Under the pieces are notes generated by a model, which had not been told where the DNA came from, searched no databases, and saw only the letters and a list, made by a program, of their open reading frames with translations. From Methanofastidiosum sp. (GTDB lineage Archaea > Methanobacteriota_B > Thermococci > Methanofastidiosales > Methanofastidiosaceae), in assembly GCA_035362715.1 (NCBI GenBank), contig DAOSDU010000002.1, positions 131,400-195,399 on the forward strand: 64,000 bases of DNA, written 5' to 3'. The position numbers and the translations under genes were made by a program. Shown in pieces: positions 1 through 9,501 of this stretch. Each line of letters begins with the position of its first letter. Position 1 is the first letter of the stretch.

Positions 1-132
1 ACTTTGTTATCCACATACAGATATAATGTAAAAAGGCCAGGCGATTACCTGCTTGTATTTACATATTCATTTGAGATTGACGGCATAAAAAAAGAAACAA
101 GCCAGTATTATAACTTTAAAGTTTATCAATAA
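1..132 (+). CDS. 3' end of an upstream gene (partial), beta-strand-rich, possibly an Ig-like domain
   Basis: Frame 1 is open from base 1 to TAA at 130-132 (TLLSTYRYNVKRPGDYLLVFTYSFEIDGIKKETSQYYNFKVYQ); not in the ORF track. Confidence 0.5.
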   Translation, partial: TLLSTYRYNVKRPGDYLLVFTYSFEIDGIKKETSQYYNFKVYQ

Positions 133-203
133 TTTAAAATTATCTTCCAATACCGATAACTATTTATATGCATTAATAGAAACTAATAATAGAGGAATGA
201 GTT

Positions 204-2090
204 ATGAGAAAAAGAGGGGCTCTCAAATTAATAAAAAAACTCAAAGAATCTGACATTTTATTAGATAGTGAACCAAAATCTAATTATGAGAAGCTCAAGA
301 AAAAGAGTGAAGTTGACTTTTTAAAGAAAGAAGGCGCAACATTAGGTGGATTTGGAGCAATTTCGTCCTCAGAAGATATTTTAAGTGAAACAAAGAAGGA
401 AATATCTGAAAAAATAAAAAGTGAAGTCACAGCTCACGTTGCAAAAGAAGTCGCATCAACAGTAGGCAGTGCAACTTTTGTCATATCTGGTCCTGTTACT
501 ATCCAAGGTGGTAGACTCCCCTCAATGGAAGAAGAAAAGAGGGTAATAATGAAGGATCAAGATATACTCGTCATCCCTCAGAAATGGAAAACTCAAGATT
601 ATACGGGTTTTAATGAAAGATACCCTTTGATAGAGCCATATGCTTATGCAAGGATTAAATGGGATGAAAAAATAACTAAACTGGTATATTTAATTGAAGA
701 ACCTGAGCTCTCTGAAGATGAAAAAACTAGGCTTATGACCATTCAAGGGATAATTCAAGAAGAACTCGAAGTAGATTTCAAAAGTCTTCAAGAAAAGAGC
801 GAATTAGTTGATTATTTGGAAAACAAGGCTTTGGAAGTTGTTGATGAATTAAATCTCAAGTTATCCCCTGACGCTTTTGAAAAAATCATGTATTATTTAA
901 GAAGAAATTATATTGGGCTTGGCTCAATAGAACCTTTATTTCATGATGTTTTAATAGAAGATATAAGTTGCGATGGAACAGGAATCCCAATTTATGTTTA
1001 TCATGCAAAATATGGATCTCTCCCTTCGAATATCGTTTTCAAATCAGATGACGATGCCAACAGCATAATCATTAAGATGGCACAAAGATGTAATAGGCAT
1101 ATCTCAGTTGCAGAACCTTTACTCGATGGAAGATTGCCAAATAACTCAAGGGTCCAGGCCACATTTGGAAGAGAAGTCACGCAACACGGTCCTACTTTTA
1201 CTATTAGAAGATTTAAAACAGATCCAATGACACCCGTGCAATTGATTAATTACAAGTCCTGTCCACCAAGAATATTTGCATATATGTGGTTGGCGCTTGA
1301 ACACTCTTATACAGCTTCCACAATTATCTCTGGAGGGACAGCAACAGGTAAAACTTCTATGTTAAACGCCCTTGCTATATTTTTGCCACCAGAAGCAAAA
1401 ATAGTAACAATTGAGGACACTCAAGAGTTAAATCTCCCCCAAGAACATTGGTTGCCTGCAGTCACTAGATCTGGATTTGGCGCCTCTACTTCTGAAGGAA
1501 AGAAGCAGGGAGAGGTTGACATGTTCGACTTACTAAGGGCAGCATTAAGGCAAAGGCCTGATTACCTAGTAGTTGGTGAAATTAGAGGGGCTGAAGCTAA
1601 CGTTATGTTTACGGGTATGGCTACAGGGCACCCTGGTATGGGGACAATACATGCCGATTCAATGGAAGCTTTAATCAATAGGCTTACCACAAGGCCCATT
1701 AGTCTCTCTCCAGCACTTCTTCAATCATTAAATATTTGTTTCTTATTAACTCATGCAAAAATAGAAGGAAAAGCAATCAGAAGAGTAAAAGAAGTTGTTG
1801 AAATAACTGGAATGGATTTGAAAAAAGGAGAACCTATATATCAAACTGTTTTTAGGTGGGATCCAGGGTCTGATGAATTCATATATGATGCAAAAGAGAG
1901 TAGCATAGTAAAAAGAATATCTATATCTCGAGGTATGACACAAGAGGAAGTATGGGAAGAAATAAACAGAAGATCTCTTGTTTTAGGCTGGATGGCTGAG
2001 AATAATATAGTTAACTTTAGAGATGTAGGAGATATAATAAAGGTATATATGAGAGATCCGGATTCAATCTTAGAAAAAATAAAAAGTTGA
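204..2090 (+). CDS. Type II/IV secretion system ATPase (FlaI/TadA/VirB11 family), probable type IV pilus assembly ATPase
   Basis: Walker A GGTATGKT, Asp box TIEDTQEL, LRQRPDYLVVGEIRG, His box TGHPGMGTIHA; followed by two TadC-like genes. Confidence 0.93.
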   Translation: MRKRGALKLIKKLKESDILLDSEPKSNYEKLKKKSEVDFLKKEGATLGGFGAISSSEDILSETKKEISEKIKSEVTAHVAKEVASTVGSATFVISGPVTIQGGRLPSMEEEKRVIMKDQDILVIPQKWKTQDYTGFNERYPLIEPYAYARIKWDEKITKLVYLIEEPELSEDEKTRLMTIQGIIQEELEVDFKSLQEKSELVDYLENKALEVVDELNLKLSPDAFEKIMYYLRRNYIGLGSIEPLFHDVLIEDISCDGTGIPIYVYHAKYGSLPSNIVFKSDDDANSIIIKMAQRCNRHISVAEPLLDGRLPNNSRVQATFGREVTQHGPTFTIRRFKTDPMTPVQLINYKSCPPRIFAYMWLALEHSYTASTIISGGTATGKTSMLNALAIFLPPEAKIVTIEDTQELNLPQEHWLPAVTRSGFGASTSEGKKQGEVDMFDLLRAALRQRPDYLVVGEIRGAEANVMFTGMATGHPGMGTIHADSMEALINRLTTRPISLSPALLQSLNICFLLTHAKIEGKAIRRVKEVVEITGMDLKKGEPIYQTVFRWDPGSDEFIYDAKESSIVKRISISRGMTQEEVWEEINRRSLVLGWMAENNIVNFRDVGDIIKVYMRDPDSILEKIKS

Positions 2091-2094
2091 GCCT

Positions 2095-3069
2095 ATGCTG
2101 GGCAGAAAAAAAGAGAAGGACATTGCAGTCCAAGAAATCGAAAGATACGAAAAAAGGGGCTTCTTCATGAATTATGGAAAGATGGCCCATAAAAGATTTG
2201 GTTTTTTGGTAGACAAAAGGCTAAAAAGTTTTGAAGAACTCCATGGCCCTTTAAGAAAAGGTGATATACCCTTAAATCTTGGTGCTTATGTCAGTGCAAT
2301 GATTCTTAGTACTGCAATTGCCGGTATTATTGCTTTAGTAGTATCGATAATTATTGTCCCTCTGTTTTTGGGAAATTTTATAAATGAAATTATATCCCCT
2401 GGAAAGCCTGTTGATTTTGTCTTTAACTTAGTCTTAATTATTTTAATTTCAATTCTAACTGCCGTTACAACTTTTCTAGTGTTCTGGGTTTATCCATCGT
2501 TTAAAGCTGGAGAAAGATCAAGAAAAATTAATCTTGCACTTACAAACGCTGTCAATACAATGGCAACAATAGCTGGAACAGGGGTACCCCCTGCCGTTAT
2601 CTTTTGGTCGCTTGTAGAGTTTAGGCGATATGGCGAAGTATCAAGAGAATCTGAAAAAATTTTAAATGATATTGAAAACTTTGGACTCGATTTAGTTCAA
2701 GCTCTTCAAAGGGCGGCTAACAGATCTCCTTCTCCTCTCTTCAGTGAACTTTTATGGAAGATGATAGCCACCATAAGAACAGGTGGAAATCTCAAAGAGT
2801 ATTTGTATCTTGAAGGAAATAGATTAATGGAAGTTGAAAGAATGAAAACTGAAGCTGCAATTGAAACTATCGGTTTAATAGCAGAAACTTATGTTACAGC
2901 TTTAGTTGTAGGGCCAGTATTTATTATTATCATGACAACAATTATGGGTATAATGGGAACCCCAATGTCGCAGGTAAATTTGATTAATAATATTGTTGTA
3001 TATTTTGGGCTGCCTATAGGCTATGCTATATTCATAATAGCGGTGGATCAGGTGGCTCCAAAGAGATAA
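2095..3069 (+). CDS. Type II secretion system F family (TadC/FlaJ-like) membrane platform protein
   Basis: TM helices flanking a T2SSF-type domain (YGEVSRE...GLDLVQALQRAANRSPS...RTGGNL); adjacent to the ATPase. Confidence 0.88.
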   Translation: MLGRKKEKDIAVQEIERYEKRGFFMNYGKMAHKRFGFLVDKRLKSFEELHGPLRKGDIPLNLGAYVSAMILSTAIAGIIALVVSIIIVPLFLGNFINEIISPGKPVDFVFNLVLIILISILTAVTTFLVFWVYPSFKAGERSRKINLALTNAVNTMATIAGTGVPPAVIFWSLVEFRRYGEVSRESEKILNDIENFGLDLVQALQRAANRSPSPLFSELLWKMIATIRTGGNLKEYLYLEGNRLMEVERMKTEAAIETIGLIAETYVTALVVGPVFIIIMTTIMGIMGTPMSQVNLINNIVVYFGLPIGYAIFIIAVDQVAPKR

Positions 3070-3082
3070 TGCAGGTGAAAAA

Positions 3083-3910
3083 TTGAGGAAAAAAAATTAT
3101 AACGTGTATGTAACGATTGGCAGTATAGCTGCAGGGATTATTCTTAGCTTGATGGGATTTTTCATTTTAAACTTAAGTGAACTAGCTATTGCAGGTATAG
3201 CCGTTGCGGTTGGCCCTTACCTTTTCTTAAAAATGAGAGAACAAGCATGGATTACTGAAATAGAAGATCAGTTCCCTGAATTTCTAAGAGCACTTGCCGA
3301 TTCTCAAGCTGCAGGAATGACCCTTCCCCAAGCCATAAAGATGGCGCAGGAGGATGATTACGGGAGACTTACCGATGAAATAAAGATTATGGCTTCAAAG
3401 ATATCTTGGGGGGTCCCATTTGATGAGGTCTTAACATCTTTTTCAGATAAGGTAAAAAGTGAAAATGTACAAGGTACGGTATCTCTTATTGTTATCGCTC
3501 ATCATGCTGGGGGAAATATCATAAAGATTTTGGAATCTGCGGCAGAAAGCGCAAGAATGATGAGGGGTCTTGCAAAAGAGCAGGCTTCTAAATTAAGCCA
3601 GTATACAGGCATTATTTATATTTCTTATCTTGTATTTCTTTCAGTAGTTTTCTTACTTCAGACCCAGTTCGTTGAAATATTCTCAGAAATAACACTTCCA
3701 ACTGCCAAAGAGTCAATAAATAAAGAGGCATTTAAGACTACATTTCAAAACATGCTTATCATACATGGTGCTTTAGCAGGGCTCATGATTGGAAAGATGA
3801 CAACAAATTCTTTATTTTCCGGGATCAAACACAGTATTATTTTAACTGCAATTGGATATCTAACATTTAGATTTATTATCGGCTCTAGTCTTCTATCTGG
3901 TCTTCTTTGA
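3083..3910 (+). CDS. Second T2SS F family (TadB/C-like) platform protein
   Basis: IEDQFPEFLRALAD...GMTLPQA...YGRLTDEI...SWGVPF pattern; TTG start after GGTGA RBS. Confidence 0.88.
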   Translation: MRKKNYNVYVTIGSIAAGIILSLMGFFILNLSELAIAGIAVAVGPYLFLKMREQAWITEIEDQFPEFLRALADSQAAGMTLPQAIKMAQEDDYGRLTDEIKIMASKISWGVPFDEVLTSFSDKVKSENVQGTVSLIVIAHHAGGNIIKILESAAESARMMRGLAKEQASKLSQYTGIIYISYLVFLSVVFLLQTQFVEIFSEITLPTAKESINKEAFKTTFQNMLIIHGALAGLMIGKMTTNSLFSGIKHSIILTAIGYLTFRFIIGSSLLSGLL

Positions 3911-5639
3911 TATTATTTTTTTCTATTCCCCATCTTGTTCTAACGGCCATCCCTCTTTCAAAAGCTTTAACCTCTCTCGGAGAAAGCATTAAAGTTCCTG
4001 TTCCTAAAAGATTGTCATTTGAATCCACAATAAGAACTTCTTCATATGCCCTAAGATTTTTATCAAGATTAATAACAAACTTTGAAAATACATTTGCACC
4101 GTCTTTAATGAAAGGTGCAGCTTCGTCATCCACAATTATTCTGTATTTGGGATATGGGATTATATCCTTCAATCTTTTTAGACCCTCAATATTTGGAGTA
4201 AATAATCCATCTCTAGCCCTTATAGTTGCAAGCATAGTTCCATTTTTATCAAAGACATAACGGATCATTCCAGTTTTTGATCTCTTAACAACGACATCAT
4301 GGAAAAGTTTTTCTCCAACGTTTGGGCCAAACTGATATTCCGCAATTACTTTTACTATATCCTCGTCATTTAGTTCAGAGTCCCCTCTATCTTTTCTTTC
4401 TTCCTCCATTTCACATTGGCCAAAAGGATAAGTAAACTCAAGTTCTTTTGGGAATTTTCCAAAGAAGAGATGCTCATCGTATTTTTTAGATTCTATGTTT
4501 TTTATTCTTTCCTTAGTTCTTTGCATTATTGGCCTTAAATTGGATTCTGCACCAGTATAGAATATCGAAGACCTTTTCGTAAAGGGGTCATATTCTTCTA
4601 AAAGACCATAATAATCTTTGATTCTCCTATATGCGAGTAGTAATCTCGGATGACTTCTAATCCTAGTTTCAACAAGTTCAAATAAATTTCCTTCATGTAC
4701 GGCTTCCTTGATTATTTTGATTTCTTCAAAAGTTGCATGCAAGTTATGGCTTGAAAGAAGTTCTAATCTTTTTTGATCATTTTCATTAATTAGCTCTTGA
4801 GCAGTATATTTCCTGCAAACTGGGCAGTTACATGGTAAATATTTCATTTCATTAAGTTTTTTTGTACCATAAGAAGTTAGATATCTTGAATCCTGTGCAT
4901 AGAGAACATACGCCGCGGAATCAAAAAGGTCGCAACCCAAAAGAACCGATAATGACAGTAACATTGGGTGTCCAGCACCAAAAAGATGAACTGGCCTTGA
5001 GGGTGAAAGACTTCCTTTTACCGTTAGGATAATATCCACCAATTCACTAAATCGGTATTCCATCATCAATGGAACAACACCGCCTATTGGATTCACTGTA
5101 AAAGGTAATTTACTCATCTCCTCTGCCGATTTTTTTCTTAGATCTAGGTGAGTTCCCCCTTGGATTGTTCCATTTAGGTCTAGGTCAAATCCGATTGCTT
5201 CTCTTGCCCTTTCTAGAGTTATCTCTAGGTCTGAAAGAGTCTTTCTGTGAGGTTCATCGGGATGAGTTGGTATATCAAGAAACGTTCCGATATCAACTCC
5301 AATGTCTTTTTGAAATTGTAGTATCTCTTTGTTTTCTATTTCTATATCGCCATATGCGGCCATCTGAAAAGAGCCGGAATCAGTTTCTATAACTCCGTTA
5401 AAATCGAGCATTTTGTGAACTCCTTTTTCAAGAGAATCTTCTTTGAGTTTTGGAGTTCTGTAAATAATATATGAATTTGTGATTAGCATTTCTGCCCCAT
5501 AATCGGCCATATCTTTTGGGGCAATGACTATCTTATTGGGATTAATAACTGGCATCAGTGTTGGGGTCTCAACTTTTTTTTTGCCTATCGATAGTTTTCC
5601 TATTCTGCCTAATCCATCTTTTGCTTTTATTTCAAACAT
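3885..5639 (-). CDS. tgtA: Archaeosine tRNA-guanine(15) transglycosylase with C-terminal PUA domain
   Basis: ETPTLMPV, TDSGSFQ, HLFGAGHP, DLFDSAAY, Zn site CNCPVC, PUA-like C-terminus. Confidence 0.96.
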   Translation of the reverse strand: MFEIKAKDGLGRIGKLSIGKKKVETPTLMPVINPNKIVIAPKDMADYGAEMLITNSYIIYRTPKLKEDSLEKGVHKMLDFNGVIETDSGSFQMAAYGDIEIENKEILQFQKDIGVDIGTFLDIPTHPDEPHRKTLSDLEITLERAREAIGFDLDLNGTIQGGTHLDLRKKSAEEMSKLPFTVNPIGGVVPLMMEYRFSELVDIILTVKGSLSPSRPVHLFGAGHPMLLSLSVLLGCDLFDSAAYVLYAQDSRYLTSYGTKKLNEMKYLPCNCPVCRKYTAQELINENDQKRLELLSSHNLHATFEEIKIIKEAVHEGNLFELVETRIRSHPRLLLAYRRIKDYYGLLEEYDPFTKRSSIFYTGAESNLRPIMQRTKERIKNIESKKYDEHLFFGKFPKELEFTYPFGQCEMEEERKDRGDSELNDEDIVKVIAEYQFGPNVGEKLFHDVVVKRSKTGMIRYVFDKNGTMLATIRARDGLFTPNIEGLKRLKDIIPYPKYRIIVDDEAAPFIKDGANVFSKFVINLDKNLRAYEEVLIVDSNDNLLGTGTLMLSPREVKAFERGMAVRTRWGIEKNNIKEDQIED

Positions 5640-5894
5640 TTATCCGCCCCCTACTGGAGAAAAAAGAGCTATCTCAAATCCTTTTGAAACTAGAGTTTCA
5701 TCTCTACCTGTAAAAGAATAGTCCTTTCCATTTACTATAATCCTTATCTCATCCTTTAAAAAAGATTCCTTCAATAGAGGATATTTTTCTGAAAGAAGAT
5801 TCTTTAGGTTGCCAATTTTAATTGATTCAACTTCAATAATTTCTTCTCTTTTCAAAGTGATATCTTTTAAATCTCCAAAATAGAGAACCCTCAT
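5640..5894 (-). CDS. MoaD/ThiS family ubiquitin-like protein (SAMP1-like)
   Basis: 84 aa beta-grasp pattern (VLYFG...IIVNG...FSPVGGG) with C-terminal diglycine. Confidence 0.88.
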   Translation of the reverse strand: MRVLYFGDLKDITLKREEIIEVESIKIGNLKNLLSEKYPLLKESFLKDEIRIIVNGKDYSFTGRDETLVSKGFEIALFSPVGGG

Positions 5895-5917
5895 ACTATT
5901 TAATATACCAAGTGATT

Positions 5918-6403
5918 TTATAATCTTAACTCAAAAGGCATCCTTTCTATTTCTATTTTTCTCTTAAGAGGATCAATTATCTCAATACCTTCTTTTCTTG
6001 ATAATATATAAAGTCTTGATAAAGCCTCTGTAGAGCAAAGAAGATGCTGATTTGGATGAGTACCCGCCTCTATGCAAGAATCTAGAATTATTTTATCCCC
6101 GCATCCAAAGACCAATTTAAGCCTCTTGGAAGCAGGATGGCCCTTTTTTAGGATTATAAGTGGAAAAGCTAACTCCCGCAGGGAGTATAATGCTGATATC
6201 ATGATTGCTTTAATTTTTGTGTCTTTTGCGAAAGAGGAAACAGCAAGAATATCATCATTTCCCGTTCCAAGAACTATCTCTTCTTTATCAGTTTCCAACA
6301 AGAAGGATTTACCTTTAGATTTTACTATCCCTAAGAAGTAATCTTTATGGGATAGGAACAATATCTCCTCATCGCCCAAAGGAAGAAATAAATTATTATC
6401 CAA
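5918..6403 (-). CDS. Hypothetical protein
   Basis: 161-aa ORF in a co-directional run; Cys/His segment SCIEAGTHPNQHLLC; no family recognised. Confidence 0.65.
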   Translation of the reverse strand: MDNNLFLPLGDEEILFLSHKDYFLGIVKSKGKSFLLETDKEEIVLGTGNDDILAVSSFAKDTKIKAIMISALYSLRELAFPLIILKKGHPASKRLKLVFGCGDKIILDSCIEAGTHPNQHLLCSTEALSRLYILSRKEGIEIIDPLKRKIEIERMPFELRL

Positions 6404-6554
6404 TTTTTATAACCTTGTCTGAAGAACATTTTGGGCATTTTGGATTTTTTCCAATTCCTTTATACTGTGTACCGCATTCGGTACAAACATAGCCTTCTGG
6501 ACCTTCGGGCATATCTACATCAAAACTTCCACCAACACTGCAAATATCAATCAC
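6396..6554 (-). CDS. Small Zn-ribbon protein (~52 aa), missed by the ORF track
   Basis: Manual translation MIDICSVGGSFDVDMPEGPEGYVCTECGTQYKGIGKNPKCPKCSSDKVIKIG*; two CxxC pairs; TATA-like tract at ~6578-6590; stop overlaps the next gene's start. Confidence 0.8.
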   Translation of the reverse strand: MIDICSVGGSFDVDMPEGPEGYVCTECGTQYKGIGKNPKCPKCSSDKVIKIG

Positions 6555-6697
6555 CAAAGCCTGATAATGATTTTGTTCTTATATATATTTTGATGCGCCC
6601 TTGCTTTATCAAGATAACATGCAATCCATAATATCTCTATTTTGTAGATATCTCAAAGCAATTCAAAAATTTTATATATTGTCTTGATTTTTAGATT

Positions 6698-8344
6698 ATG
6701 GATTTCATGGATAAAAATGTGAATGTTATTTCTGGAAATATTGTAGATCCAATTAATCATGAAATATACCCTGGCAAAATAACAATTTCAAACGATAAAA
6801 TCTCTGAAATTCAAAGAGACGATAATATTTATTCTAATTTCATTATACCGGGATTTGTAGATTCTCATATACATATAGAAAGTTCAATGTTAATCCCTTA
6901 CGAATTTTCTAGAATTGCAGTTATCCATGGAACTGTAGCAACTGTTTCAGATCCTCATGAAATAGCCAATGTCTTAGGAATAAAAGGAATACAATATATG
7001 ATTGAGAATTCTAAACTTTCTCCTCTAAAATTTTATTTTGGGGCATCCTCCTGCGTTCCGGCAACATCTTTTGAGACTAGTGGCGCTTGCCTTAGAGCTA
7101 GAGAGATTGAAGAGATATTTAGTAATGACAATGTTAAATTTTTAGGAGAGGTAATGAATACATTTGGTGTCATAAATAATGATAAGGATCTAATAGAAAA
7201 AATAAATGTCGCAAAAAAATATTCTAAAAAAATTGATGGACATGCTCCAGGATTATCCGGAGAAGTACTGGAAAAATATATTAGCAAAGGGATTACTACA
7301 GATCACGAGTGTGTTCGTAGAGCTGAAGGTCTTGAGAAGATAGAAAAGGGGATGAAAATACAGATTAGGGAAGGTTCTGCTGCAGAAAACTTTGAAGCTT
7401 TAATCCCTCTTGTCGATACACATTATGATTCCTGCATGTTTTGTAGTGATGATAAACACCCGGATGACTTGGTTAAGGGGCACATTGACCAGATGGTTAG
7501 GCGGTCAATAAATTACGGCATCGATATTTTCAAAATATTAAAGGTTTCTTCTGTAAATCCTGTTAAGCATTATGGGCTTGATGTTGGGCTGCTTCAAGAA
7601 GGTGATCCGGCTGACTTCTTAGTTGCAGATAATCTAAAAGAGTTGAATATCCTTGCAACATATATTAATGGAAATGTCGTTTCCCACAAAGGTAAAACAA
7701 ACATTGAACACAGGAGTTTTGAAACGATAAATAACTTTAAAGTAGAAAAGAAAAAGATATCAGATTTTTGTTTATCTTATAAAAGTGGCAATATAAACGT
7801 TATTGAAGCAATTGACGGTCAACTTATTACAAATGATATAAGCATTGAACCAAAAATAGTCAATGAGAATTTAGTATCTGACATAGAAAGAGACATATTA
7901 AAAATCGCCGTTGTGAATCGTTATAAAGATTCAGAAGTTCCAATTGGATTTATAAGAAATTTTGGCCTAAAAAAAGGGGCAATAGCTTCTAGCATAGCCC
8001 ATGATTCCCATAACATAGTTGTCGTTGGTGTTTCTGACGAAGACATATGTAACGCTGTGAACATGATTATCGAAAATAGGGGTGGCATTGGATGTGTTTG
8101 TGGAGAGAATAAAATCTTTTTAGAACTCCCCGTTGCTGGCATAATGACATTTGAAGAATATTCTAAAGTTGCAGATAGCTACAGGCATGTTACTAACTTT
8201 GCCAAGTCTTTGGGATGTACATTAAACGCACCTTTCATGACTCTATCTTTCATGGCATTACTAGTTATACCAAAAATAAAGATTGGAGATAAAGGATTGT
8301 TTGATTCTGAAAAATTTAGATTTATTGATTTGTGCGTAAGCTAA
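6698..8344 (+). CDS. ade: Adenine deaminase
   Basis: DSHIHIESS, DPHEIANV, IDGHAPGL, TDHEC, IREGSAA, CSDDKHP, SIAHDSHN motifs. Confidence 0.96.
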   Translation: MDFMDKNVNVISGNIVDPINHEIYPGKITISNDKISEIQRDDNIYSNFIIPGFVDSHIHIESSMLIPYEFSRIAVIHGTVATVSDPHEIANVLGIKGIQYMIENSKLSPLKFYFGASSCVPATSFETSGACLRAREIEEIFSNDNVKFLGEVMNTFGVINNDKDLIEKINVAKKYSKKIDGHAPGLSGEVLEKYISKGITTDHECVRRAEGLEKIEKGMKIQIREGSAAENFEALIPLVDTHYDSCMFCSDDKHPDDLVKGHIDQMVRRSINYGIDIFKILKVSSVNPVKHYGLDVGLLQEGDPADFLVADNLKELNILATYINGNVVSHKGKTNIEHRSFETINNFKVEKKKISDFCLSYKSGNINVIEAIDGQLITNDISIEPKIVNENLVSDIERDILKIAVVNRYKDSEVPIGFIRNFGLKKGAIASSIAHDSHNIVVVGVSDEDICNAVNMIIENRGGIGCVCGENKIFLELPVAGIMTFEEYSKVADSYRHVTNFAKSLGCTLNAPFMTLSFMALLVIPKIKIGDKGLFDSEKFRFIDLCVS

Positions 8345-8465
8345 TATTTAAATATAATTTTTAATTATTGCTTATTTATTAGAATATAAATTAGGATAAT
8401 AATTATTTATTATGTATATATACAAATGATTTATGCCTTTATAATCCTAGTATAATAATGTCTAT

Positions 8466-8488
8466 TACCCCTTTATTTCTACTGGAAG
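8466..8488 (-). promoter_or_regulatory. ORB-like (origin recognition box) motif next to an AT-rich tract
   Basis: Minus strand reads CTTCCAGTAGAAATAAAGGGGTA (TCCA-nnn-GAAA core plus G-string); the G-string faces the AT-rich stretch 8345-8465. Confidence 0.5.
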
Positions 8489-8511
8489 TTCCTCCAGTTA
8501 AATAATAATTT

Positions 8512-9441
8512 CTAGTTGTGCTGTTTTTTGTTTGATCTATTGACATAAAAACTCTTGTCTATATAATCCAAATAGATATCTCTATCTCTCCCAGTAAGCT
8601 CATCTTCTGTTATGTAAAGATCTTTGTTTTTTCTGATATCAACCCTAACAAATCTAAGCCTGTTCTTTTTGTAGAATCTTTTCTTTCCTATTTCATCAAA
8701 TATTTTTTGATTTATCTCCATTGAAGTCCTTTCTATATGAAACGCCATATTTTGGTAACTTATAATTGTATAGATGACCAAGAAGATAATTGGAGGGAAT
8801 AACATGAGGAGGGCCAAATTAATAAAATTAGAAGTTGGAACTGAAAGTGTAAGTAATATTATGACTGAGGAAAGGGAGGCAAGTAAAAGCCATCGTAAAT
8901 ATCCGAATTTATCTCTGCCCACGGTGTTGAGTTTTCTTGAGAATTCATTTATTTCATTTATTGTATCAAAAAATATCCTGTAGTTTGTTGAATCTTTATT
9001 ACTTATTATTTCCGTTTCCTCTAAAAGACAATATAGATTTCTGTAGTAAGGCTCTTCAATATACCCTTCGCTCCAACCGCACAACTCTTTAATAATGGCT
9101 ATATCGCTAAGTTTTTCGTATACCTTTTTTGAAAGAGTTTCGCTATTGGTGAATGAGCTCGATATATCTATAAGTGAAATGCATCTTGAATGTCTTGAAA
9201 TATGATAGTCTCTAATCATAATATATCTTCCATAACGTGAATTGAAGTAATGGCCTACTAAAAACGAAAAAAGTAAAGTTGTCACAGTCAGCATATAGCC
9301 TTGAGAATCTCCATCAAGGTAATTTAGTGGTATATTGATTTTGATAAGTATAAATAGGGCCCAACTTAATAAGAACAATATTGTTATTAATATTGATACT
9401 AAGTAAGGCCTAATATGTAGAAATCTCATCAATAAACACAT
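8512..9441 (-). CDS. Hypothetical 4-TM membrane protein (DUF4239-like topology)
   Basis: Two N-terminal and two C-terminal hydrophobic helices around a soluble helical region; start may be ATG 9429. Confidence 0.6.
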   Translation of the reverse strand: MCLLMRFLHIRPYLVSILITILFLLSWALFILIKINIPLNYLDGDSQGYMLTVTTLLFSFLVGHYFNSRYGRYIMIRDYHISRHSRCISLIDISSSFTNSETLSKKVYEKLSDIAIIKELCGWSEGYIEEPYYRNLYCLLEETEIISNKDSTNYRIFFDTINEINEFSRKLNTVGRDKFGYLRWLLLASLSSVIILLTLSVPTSNFINLALLMLFPPIIFLVIYTIISYQNMAFHIERTSMEINQKIFDEIGKKRFYKKNRLRFVRVDIRKNKDLYITEDELTGRDRDIYLDYIDKSFYVNRSNKKQHN

Positions 9442-9501
9442 CTAAGATATTTTTAATATACAATAGTAGCATATGTTCTATAAAAATCTTGCTTTAATAT
9501 T

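Noticed and set aside
6431..6631. 66-aa plus-strand ORF from the track
   Set aside because: The opposite strand encodes a CxxC-CxxC protein with RBS, TATA and operon context
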